Virus record (IMG/VR): IMGVR_UViG_3300011438_000014
Coordinates: 1-52,016 of that record
Strand: one strand, 5' to 3'
Length of the DNA: 52,016 nt
DNA from: a virus
Lineage: Duplodnaviria > Caudoviricetes
The translations under genes were made by a program, and so were the position numbers. Each line of letters opens with the position of its first letter. Within the stretch, counting starts at the first letter, position 1. Below the pieces are notes generated by a model. The model saw only the letters and a list, made by a program, of their open reading frames with translations. It was not told the DNA's origin and did not search any database. This document shows, in pieces, positions 45,162-52,016 of this stretch.

Positions 45162-45270
45162 AGGTGAAGTGAAGCCTTACTTTTCAGCCAATCCTTTCCG
45201 TTTAAAAAATGAAATTCGTCGTTTGTTCCTAACTGATTCTTCTGTCTTTGAGTTTGAACTCAAGCGCAAC

Positions 45271-45588
45271 ATGAGAGCACGCATCAAACCCATCTCCGGC
45301 AAACTCGCCGCCGCCAGTCGCATCTACAACGAGCGCGTCAAGGTGTGGCTGGTCGGGAAACAGTGCGCGGTGTTTCACCAGTTGCCGGCGACTCAGTGTC
45401 ACCATCGCTTCGGAAGACGCGGACGGCTGCTGCTCTGGGAACCAGGATGGTTGCCAGTGTGCGATGCAGGACATGCGCTCATTCACTCCACCCCGAAGGC
45501 TTCCATCACTCGTGGTTTCATCGGCCCTGTGGGCACGTGGAACGATTACGAACGCGCGAAGAAATACGTGGAGGCCAATGAGCCTTGA
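45271..45588 (+). CDS. Small HNH-fold nuclease-like protein
   Basis: C...ATQCHH..GR.G......WLPVC..GH..IH; start may be 45169. Confidence 0.65.
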   Translation: MRARIKPISGKLAAASRIYNERVKVWLVGKQCAVFHQLPATQCHHRFGRRGRLLLWEPGWLPVCDAGHALIHSTPKASITRGFIGPVGTWNDYERAKKYVEANEP

Positions 45589-45949
45589 AAGCGACCTCGA
45601 AGCAAAAGGGTGGATCAGGGACAGCGTCGGCAATTGGAGTCACCCCAGCCGCGTCACTGATGCTGTCGGTCGTGGGGATCGGCAACGTGCCAAGCTTCAA
45701 AAACACCAAGTCGATCGGGCGCAACCGAAAAACCGGAAAGCCGCGCATCTTCACAAACCCAAAAAAGAAAAAGTGGATGGAGGCGTGCATCAGCAGTTTC
45801 ATGTCTCAATTGCGTGGCGCGTATCCGACGCTCGAAAACGTGATGCGTGGGGAATGTCCGAAACTATTGCCGACTGCATCGTGTCTGCCACTCGACGATT
45901 CCTTGGACTGGATGATACCCGGATCTCAAAGCGTGGAGCGCGTCGCTAA
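45578..45949 (+). CDS. Overlapping frame B carrying the central RusA-like motif
   Basis: FHVSIAWRVSDARKRDAWGMSETIADCIV resembles VxIxxxxPDxRRRDxDNxxKxxxDxL. Confidence 0.5.
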   Translation: MSLESDLEAKGWIRDSVGNWSHPSRVTDAVGRGDRQRAKLQKHQVDRAQPKNRKAAHLHKPKKEKVDGGVHQQFHVSIAWRVSDARKRDAWGMSETIADCIVSATRRFLGLDDTRISKRGARR

Positions 45950-45989
45950 AGGACTTGAAGGAGCCATCATCGTAATCACCCCGTTATGA
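45585..45989 (+). CDS. Overlapping frame A carrying the N- and C-terminal RusA-like motifs
   Basis: VPSFKNTK...KWME at the N-terminus and LDDS...V.KG.EGAIIVITPL at the C-terminus; lacks the RRDxD segment. Confidence 0.6.
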   Translation: MKATSKQKGGSGTASAIGVTPAASLMLSVVGIGNVPSFKNTKSIGRNRKTGKPRIFTNPKKKKWMEACISSFMSQLRGAYPTLENVMRGECPKLLPTASCLPLDDSLDWMIPGSQSVERVAKGLEGAIIVITPL

Positions 45990-46636
45990 CTCTCAAGCAA
46001 TGCACAATATGTCGCACGCTCAAATCCCTGAACATGTTCAGCAAGGATAGGCGCGCAACTGACGGACGGACATCGGGTTGCTTGGCCTGCTACCGTAAAC
46101 AGTCCAAAATTACATATCAAAAAAATCTAAAACAGTATCGTGCAGTGAGGCGCGCTTACGCCAAATCCCACCAAAAGGAAGCCAACATCCGAAGCAGGAA
46201 GCACTATCTAGCTAATCGCGCTGCAATCATCGTGCGCACCACCGCATACCGTAAGGCTAATCCAGACGTGCACAAAAGAGCGTGGCAGAAGTGGTATAGC
46301 AATAATCGAGAAAAACGACGAGACATCGAGAGGCGTTATCGCAAGCTGAACCCGATAAGGATGCGAGGACACGGCCGGAAGCGTAGGGTCAGAATGCGTG
46401 CAGCGTGGGTTGAGAATGTTGACTACCCTGCACTGTTAAAACGATTTGGTATGTGGTGCTACATCTTCCAGAAATCCATTCGTCGGCGTTCCCAACTTCA
46501 CTTTGATCACGTAATTCCCATTTCTCGCGGAGGCTCTCACTCCAACGATAATGTTCGCCCCGCGCACGCGCTTTGCAACATGAAGAAACACGCCAAACTT
46601 GGTTATGACGCTTTCAGTGGCCAAAAACAAAGCTGA
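45986..46636 (+). CDS. HNH endonuclease with N-terminal zinc ribbon
   Basis: KQCTIC...CLAC; HFDHVIPISRGGSHSNDNVRPAHALCN. Confidence 0.9.
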   Translation: MTLKQCTICRTLKSLNMFSKDRRATDGRTSGCLACYRKQSKITYQKNLKQYRAVRRAYAKSHQKEANIRSRKHYLANRAAIIVRTTAYRKANPDVHKRAWQKWYSNNREKRRDIERRYRKLNPIRMRGHGRKRRVRMRAAWVENVDYPALLKRFGMWCYIFQKSIRRRSQLHFDHVIPISRGGSHSNDNVRPAHALCNMKKHAKLGYDAFSGQKQS

Positions 46637-47126
46637 CGAAATAGTCGGCTTGCTGACTCCGTTTTGCATCCCCGGTCATTGCATGGTCGTTGGGAGCGTA
46701 CGTCGATGCGTGCCAGAACCTCGTGATATTGAGGTCGTAGCTTGTCCAGACCTCGCCAACCAGAATCATTTCGATTACACGGTGAACCTGCTCAAGTCCG
46801 GCCGCATCGGGGTGGTGCAGAAAGGAATGTTCCCAGCACGCTACACCCAATTAATGGGAACCATCTGCAATGTGGACATCTTCTGGTGCGATAAAAGGAC
46901 GTACGGGTTGAACTTATTCATTCGGACGGGCTCAGCGCAGTTCGCAAAAGACGCACTCGTCCATTGGAAAAAAATCACCAACGGCGGTTACAGCGAGGGC
47001 GCCATCCTCCACCTGGCCGACGGCACACCTGTCCCGACACCGACTGAGCAGGTAGTGTTCGAGGCGTTGAAATGCAAGTGGGTTCCGCCTGAGAAGAGAA
47101 ATCGACCTATGAGGGAGGACTCGTGA
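46605..47126 (+). CDS. Minimal DNA polymerase X (palm and thumb only)
   Basis: GSVRR....DIE, VDIF, RTGS and TEQVVFEAL..WVPPEKR. Confidence 0.85.
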   Translation: MTLSVAKNKADEIVGLLTPFCIPGHCMVVGSVRRCVPEPRDIEVVACPDLANQNHFDYTVNLLKSGRIGVVQKGMFPARYTQLMGTICNVDIFWCDKRTYGLNLFIRTGSAQFAKDALVHWKKITNGGYSEGAILHLADGTPVPTPTEQVVFEALKCKWVPPEKRNRPMREDS

Positions 47127-47680
47127 GTTATCGTCCGATAACGGATTTCTGGTTTCTTGCCCGGTGTAAGTATAAAGACGGCTCCAAGCGGTACGGCGGA
47201 TATTTGGGCGGTTTTTTAGAACGCGCCCGTCGCCTTGTTGGCGCCAGCATTAACGAACCCGTGCTGCACATCTGCGGTGGGAACGCCCACCTCTATCCCT
47301 ACGCTGGTGGTTACGGCGATCAAGATGAGCGGCTGGACTTGGACGTGGCCGTTAAGCCAGAGCATCTGTGGGATTGTTCAGTATCGATTCCTCACCAGAC
47401 GTTTCGTGGAAGTGAGGATTGGGCCGGGATGATCGCGGACCCGCCTTACTCAGCGGAGGATGCCAAACAATACGCGCCCGGCGCTGACAAGTATCCGAGT
47501 CCGAACAAAATCGTTTCCCTTGCGTGTGAGGTGCTTCCTGTCGGGCGCAAGATAGGCATCATCCACTACATCGTGCCGGCGTGCCCGAAGAACGCGAAGT
47601 TCATCGCCTGTGTCGGCATCGTATGTGGTTTCAACAATCGAATCCGTGCCTTCTCCGTCTATGAAAGAATCAGTGAATAG
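47123..47680 (+). CDS. Amino-(N6A/N4C) methyltransferase-like protein
   Basis: VLHICGG SAM-binding-like motif, DLD and catalytic DPPY. Confidence 0.75.
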   Translation: MSYRPITDFWFLARCKYKDGSKRYGGYLGGFLERARRLVGASINEPVLHICGGNAHLYPYAGGYGDQDERLDLDVAVKPEHLWDCSVSIPHQTFRGSEDWAGMIADPPYSAEDAKQYAPGADKYPSPNKIVSLACEVLPVGRKIGIIHYIVPACPKNAKFIACVGIVCGFNNRIRAFSVYERISE

Positions 47681-48023
47681 CGACGTAACCATGACGTGCC
47701 CCAAGTGCGGCACCATCCTCGACGACCACGACGGCTTCGGCTGCCTAGCCCACGGCAAGTGCGGTTACTGCTCCCACCCATCGACTCTCGACGGGTTCTG
47801 CGGCATCTGTGGCGTATTCGTGGATGGCGACCCGAAGGCGTGCGCGCTAATGAAGGGTGACATCGTGCTTTACAACGGCGGCCGCCATGAAGTTCTGGAT
47901 ACGGTCACGGATCAATTCGTGAAGCTGGATGTGAATGGGAAACGGTGGTGGACCAACCGGCGTTACGCCCAATTCCTGAAGCGCCCCTCCGTCCATGACA
48001 AGTTCCGCGCAATGCGCCCGTAA
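47673..48023 (+). CDS. Cys-rich zinc-finger protein with an SH3/KOW-like tail
   Basis: CPKC, CGYC and CGIC; KGDIVLY. Confidence 0.65.
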   Translation: MNSDVTMTCPKCGTILDDHDGFGCLAHGKCGYCSHPSTLDGFCGICGVFVDGDPKACALMKGDIVLYNGGRHEVLDTVTDQFVKLDVNGKRWWTNRRYAQFLKRPSVHDKFRAMRP

Positions 48024-48143
48024 ATCTTTGCAGCCGGAAGCTCTCTCATCTATTAAACCCAAAATGATGCCATGCCACGGTGTCGGACGACGGCTGCAAA
48101 GACCAGTGACAAAGAAGAGCGCCACCTTATCACCCCATCCATC

Positions 48144-48665
48144 ATGCGAAAGCTAAAAGTCCCGCGACCCCTCCGGCGCTTTTATCTCTACCCGGACGGC
48201 GGCTGGATTCACTTCCGCGTCTTCATCTGGAAGACTCAGCACGACATGTGGCTGGCGCTCCCCGACAAGGGCGCCAACTTCGCGGCCATCTCCTGCGGGG
48301 GCGAAAGGTACGTCAAGAGGAAGAAACGCTGGCAGTTCCGCGGTGAGATCGGCCAACTCCATTTCTACCACGACAGCGCACGCACGGGAATCATCACCCA
48401 TGAATGTTGCCACGCCGCCCACACCTACTTCAGATTCCGAAAGTGGTTCGCTCCGATCGTCGTCAAAGACGACAGCCCATATCGGCCTGGCCGAAAGTGG
48501 GTGACAAATCGCGAGGAAGTGTTCTGTTGGGTGATGGGCAACCTGGTCCGGGAGTTCATCGTAAGACGGGAGAAGCTGTGCTGCCAACCGAAGGCGATGC
48601 CGAACTGGTTCAACCCGGTGAAGTTCCGCGTGTATACGAAGCCGTTGGGGTGGGACGGTCAGTGA
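48144..48665 (+). CDS. HExxH metallopeptidase-like protein
   Basis: IITHECCHAA with downstream EE. Confidence 0.65.
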   Translation: MRKLKVPRPLRRFYLYPDGGWIHFRVFIWKTQHDMWLALPDKGANFAAISCGGERYVKRKKRWQFRGEIGQLHFYHDSARTGIITHECCHAAHTYFRFRKWFAPIVVKDDSPYRPGRKWVTNREEVFCWVMGNLVREFIVRREKLCCQPKAMPNWFNPVKFRVYTKPLGWDGQ

Positions 48666-48736
48666 AAATCTTTTTTAGTTGACGGCTCGCGGTGGGTACA
48701 GTTCCATCGCTTCACGATACGAACAAGACGAGAATT

Positions 48737-49042
48737 ATGACAAACCTGCTTACCGGTATAGCGCTTGCGACCAACATCCTGGCGACGAACCACGTGGAGT
48801 TCAGAACCAACATCTTTGAGCGCGACCATCCCACCAATACGCTTTACATTTACAATCGGGTGAACATGAACCTGATTCCATTTCTGATGATTCGGGAAAC
48901 AAACATCACCCGCATCGAAACTCTTGAATACAACTGGCGCGGCGAACGGGTAGTCCTGCAAAGCGTGGAAAGCAACATTTTTTCAGTGCGAGCCGTCTTT
49001 CACCTGGACTGGTGCAAGGGTGAATGGGAACGGATACCATGA
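48737..49042 (+). CDS. Hypothetical Thr-Asn-rich protein
   Basis: 101 aa with repeated TN dipeptides. Confidence 0.6.
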   Translation: MTNLLTGIALATNILATNHVEFRTNIFERDHPTNTLYIYNRVNMNLIPFLMIRETNITRIETLEYNWRGERVVLQSVESNIFSVRAVFHLDWCKGEWERIP

Positions 49043-49251
49043 CAATGGAAGCACGAGACCCCGTTTTCGGGATGCCCTGGACGCCCGGGAAGCTCCGGCA
49101 CGCCTACGACTTGTTTCAGATCAGGGACGAGTGGAGTTTCTGCTCCAAGTGCCATCGGATAACCGCTCGGGTATTCGATGGCCGGTGTTTTTCCTGTCAC
49201 CGAAACCTGTTCAACGCGCTCGGGCGCAAACCCTGCCCGCCACTGCCATGA
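49039..49251 (+). CDS. Small zinc-finger protein
   Basis: CSKC and CFSC; ATGA coupling on both sides. Confidence 0.6.
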   Translation: MTMEARDPVFGMPWTPGKLRHAYDLFQIRDEWSFCSKCHRITARVFDGRCFSCHRNLFNALGRKPCPPLP

Positions 49252-49814
49252 ATAAAAACACAGCCAAAATAACCGAACCGATTTGGGACAGCCGGAACTC
49301 CGATGAGCCGAAGAGTGAGACGCCGCGCACTGACACTTTCTCAAAGGGCTATTACGAAGACCTTTGCTGGATCGACTTCGCCCGCGCGCTTGAGCGCGAA
49401 CTCAACGCCGAGAAGAAATGGAAAGCCGAAGACCCACAGATGTTGCGTGAGCAAATTAGAGTTGCTGGCAAAAGGCTGCGTAGTGAGAAGCACCAGGGCA
49501 GATGCAATGCAGAGGCAGCCGACAACTGGCGCCGGGCGTGTGCTTCCGCCGAGCAAGAGCGGGATGCGTTGAGAAAAGCGCAGATCGAAAACAATCACAA
49601 CTGGCAAGCAGTGGAGGAAGTTAATGCAATGGCCGCTGAATGCGACACCCTCCGCGCACAGCTACAAGTGGCGAAGGCGGTCATCGAAACCATTCCACGA
49701 TACAATCTGTCCCCAGACGCATCGATAGTCTGGATAGGCAGTGATGCTTGGTTTACTTGGGCGAACAAGCGCAACAAAGCCCTCTCCCAACTCAGCGCGG
49801 AGGAAAAGAAGTGA
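49248..49814 (+). CDS. Coiled-coil hypothetical protein
   Basis: SETPRTD...FARALERELN motif common in phage accessory proteins. Confidence 0.7.
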   Translation: MNKNTAKITEPIWDSRNSDEPKSETPRTDTFSKGYYEDLCWIDFARALERELNAEKKWKAEDPQMLREQIRVAGKRLRSEKHQGRCNAEAADNWRRACASAEQERDALRKAQIENNHNWQAVEEVNAMAAECDTLRAQLQVAKAVIETIPRYNLSPDASIVWIGSDAWFTWANKRNKALSQLSAEEKK

Positions 49815-50116
49815 GTGAACTGCTGGAAGCTCCATGCCTGTTTGGAGAACGCTGTACCGCCACACCCCACACGGCCCCCGAGACCTGCCCAACCGCGCTC
49901 CTGGACCACGGCGGGCCAGCGCAGCCTTGTGTCGTGTGTCGGGTCAACACCCGGGGCGCCACGTTGGCCGGCGACAAACGAACTCCTTTGTGCTGGAAAT
50001 GTTATCAGCGCATCAGCGACAACGAATTGGCGGCGATCGGAAGCAGAACGCCGGAGAGGAACCAGTCAAAGCAACCGATCGTCCGCCCACTCCGATCGCC
50101 ACCCCACCGACGCTGA
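49811..50116 (+). CDS. Cys-containing hypothetical protein
   Basis: GTGA coupling; CVVC and CWKC. Confidence 0.55.
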   Translation: MSELLEAPCLFGERCTATPHTAPETCPTALLDHGGPAQPCVVCRVNTRGATLAGDKRTPLCWKCYQRISDNELAAIGSRTPERNQSKQPIVRPLRSPPHRR

Positions 50117-50178
50117 CCTGCTCTGGATTCCCAAATCCATCGTCGAACATACCTCCCAAACCGGCCCCCAACACATCG

Positions 50179-50754
50179 TCACCCTCCTAGGCTGGTGGAT
50201 ACAGAAGGTGGGGCTGTAGGTTCCAATGATTGCTGCGCCGGCGTCAGTTCTGACATCACATGCTGCCGCTTGTTCTTCGTCGCCCACTCCGGTCGCAGGT
50301 TTAGATGATGAAAACACGCCCGCTTCCCCTCTTCCGTCAGCAATATCTCCTTGAACAGCGCCACCGCCTTGATATGCCCCACCGTCCACCCATTCCCTCC
50401 AAAATTCTCCCACGTCATCCCCACTTCCCACTGCCTTTCAAGGCGCGCCCTGAACTCTCCCACCGTACACCCAAGCAACTTCTCCGCCGTTGGTGAAATC
50501 CCTCTCCGAATCGCCAATCGAAGCACACTCCGACCACGATCCGCCACCCCAACCCACGGATTCTTTGCCCTCCAAGCCCGGTTCGCACCCATCATCTTCT
50601 CACGATTGTCCCAATACCACTTCTTCATCACCTTGCGACGTTTACTCAACCTCCGCGGATTATGAATGATCCTCGCCGCACTCTCCCTCCTTAATCGCTT
50701 TGCCCACTCAGGATGCTCCAATACCCACTTCTTCGTTCGTTCACTCGGTGTCAC
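50179..50754 (-). CDS. HNH/EndoVII-like endonuclease
   Basis: LLGCT..EF...LE.QW..GMTWENFG..GW.VGHIK...CFHHLNLRPEW. Confidence 0.85.
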   Translation of the reverse strand: MTPSERTKKWVLEHPEWAKRLRRESAARIIHNPRRLSKRRKVMKKWYWDNREKMMGANRAWRAKNPWVGVADRGRSVLRLAIRRGISPTAEKLLGCTVGEFRARLERQWEVGMTWENFGGNGWTVGHIKAVALFKEILLTEEGKRACFHHLNLRPEWATKNKRQHVMSELTPAQQSLEPTAPPSVSTSLGG

Positions 50755-50987
50755 GCCTCACCCCCAATCCCAGGAAACATCACCCTTACCTGCCCCAGCG
50801 TGAAATCCCGGCCCCCATTCAACAGCGCGTAAGCGTGGGACCGCGACACCCCCAAACTGCCCACGATCGTGTCCACCCGATCCATTGCCCGCCTCTCCAA
50901 CTCTGCCCTCACCGCCTTTTGCGACAACGTTTGCCCACTCCCACCACAGCTTTTACACGGTTTCTCCATAAAAAGGCCCATATTCAT
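50751..50987 (-). CDS. Small Cro-like HTH protein with a CxxCxGxG knuckle
   Basis: PCKSCGGSG; LGVSRSHAYALLNGGR. Confidence 0.65.
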   Translation of the reverse strand: MNMGLFMEKPCKSCGGSGQTLSQKAVRAELERRAMDRVDTIVGSLGVSRSHAYALLNGGRDFTLGQVRVMFPGIGGEA

Positions 50988-51332
50988 CGCTGAGTATTTC
51001 TGAGCACAGCTAGTATGCAAGCCTGAATACTAAAGAACTCAAACCAGCCAGGGGGCAGCAGCCCAATTCTGAAATCGCCAAGTAATGGTAAGACGGACAT
51101 CCCCCTTCACGAGCGAACCTGGCATACCGGTCCCCGCTATCCACCGGGTCTTCTATGCGCGAGGAAAAGCGTCATGATGTTCGGTGAAAATGACTGTTCA
51201 CGCTCAAAATTGAAAGGAATGGCCGCAAACATTGAGCGAAACGACATAGCGCACAAGATCAGTTATGTTTAGTTGGTGGTATTCCCTTGCTTTCGCGAGA
51301 CTGAGGCGGGAAATTGTTCGCTCGCGTCGAGT

Positions 51333-51361
51333 ACACTACTTTACGAGCGGAAAACTGTCAA
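51333..51361 (-). promoter_or_regulatory. Strong sigma70-like promoter TTGACA-N17-TAGTGT
   Basis: Perfect -35, 17-nt spacer and TAnnnT -10 in a non-coding region. Confidence 0.6.
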
Positions 51362-52016
51362 CATTTTGTTGGATCAACCCTCCCGTCGGGCAATCCTAAG
51401 TGGTTTGCTTATGATACTCAACTTTTGTGGGCGGCGATTGTCAGCGGTCTTGCCGCCGGCTTGTTGGCGTGACGGTCTAGCGGCATTGCGAGCAATCCAC
51501 GCGGAGGATTGTTTCATTCATCTCCGGTCTCGGGCAGTCGTTGAGAAATTTTTTAGGGTGAGTTCGACGCGATAAACATTGGTTGTTTGCGTGGTATTGG
51601 TGCATGGGTTGAAAAATAAAGTTTGCGTTCTCTTTTGGGGTTGCTTATGGTCAGCGGCAGTTGGTTTTGCTCGTTCCTACAAAACGAGTTGCGACACGAC
51701 AAGACACGGGAAGGGCAGTCCTGCCGCACGGAGTGAATCCATGTTTCACGTGGAAGCAACGGCTTTGAGCCATTGGCCGCGTGCGGAGAATCGGGGCAAA
51801 TTTGCCCCGTTGTGATTCGCTGCGCGCAGTCCGTTAGCAGCGTGCGGCAGTCTTCAAACCGTACCAGCGTGCGCGATCGCGTGCGTTGACCGCTCCCAAG
51901 TCGGCAAAGCCACAACATCGGCAAAACATGAAAAATGCAGATCAAATCGACGGCGCCACGCGCACGTCCGCCACGTTAAACAACGGTTCATTGGCCAATG
52001 GCAGGGGAATCATGCC

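Noticed and set aside
45169-45270. AT-rich MKPYF...SVFEFE segment as a fifth ghost gene (N6/N4 methyltransferase termini)
   Set aside because: The resemblance is limited to a few residues and the segment is in frame with the downstream ORF; too weak to call.
51273-51945. ORFs in the terminal kilobase
   Set aside because: No SD or coupling, atypical composition and mutually overlapping on both strands; treated as non-coding.
1-52016. Alternative genetic code, tRNA genes or integrase/att site
   Set aside because: Genes are full length and tightly packed under code 11 using all three stops; no cloverleaf or recombinase motif was recognised by eye.

Overview
This is a ~52 kb segment of a tailed dsDNA bacteriophage with podovirus-like gene order. 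The host is inferred, weakly, to be a Verrucomicrobiota-like Gram-negative bacterium from Thr-Asn-rich, signal-peptide-bearing proteins. The minus strand from 1 to 22393 carries a virion operon: portal, scaffold, major capsid, an intein-containing adaptor-phosphatase fusion, a VWA/Ig/P-domain protein, a triple glycosyltransferase with an FkbM methyltransferase, three paralogous small proteins, a nozzle and probable ejection proteins. A large terminase is transcribed divergently on the plus strand (22441-24045). The minus strand from 24023 to 37066 holds an HTH protein, a membrane/lysis cluster, four Sec-signal-peptide fibre/depolymerase-like proteins, an HNH and hypotheticals. The plus strand from 37237 to 50219 holds SSB, a lambda O-like initiator with four 22-bp iterons, a DnaC-like loader, a primase-DnaB fusion, a tandem KH protein, a SWIM protein, HNHs, a RusA-like locus, a minimal PolX, a DPPY methyltransferase and small ORFs. 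The window ends with an HNH, an HTH gene and ~1 kb of non-coding DNA. I recognised no integrase, tRNA, CRISPR array, reverse transcriptase or endolysin. The most unusual observations are: (1) RusA resolvase motifs distributed over two overlapping reading frames with an in-frame A_AAA_AAG slippery site; (2) at least four internally deleted ghost genes that keep their start/stop junctions with neighbours; (3) a leader-peptide/UUGGCG pseudoknot resembling IncI repY-repZ control in front of the initiator; (4) a recurrent CACGAC-ANGA(A)-CACG motif at predicted transcript 5' ends, including around the start of the KH gene; (5) receptor-binding/depolymerase-like proteins that all carry export signals. 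All family assignments come from reading motifs by eye; no database searches were run.
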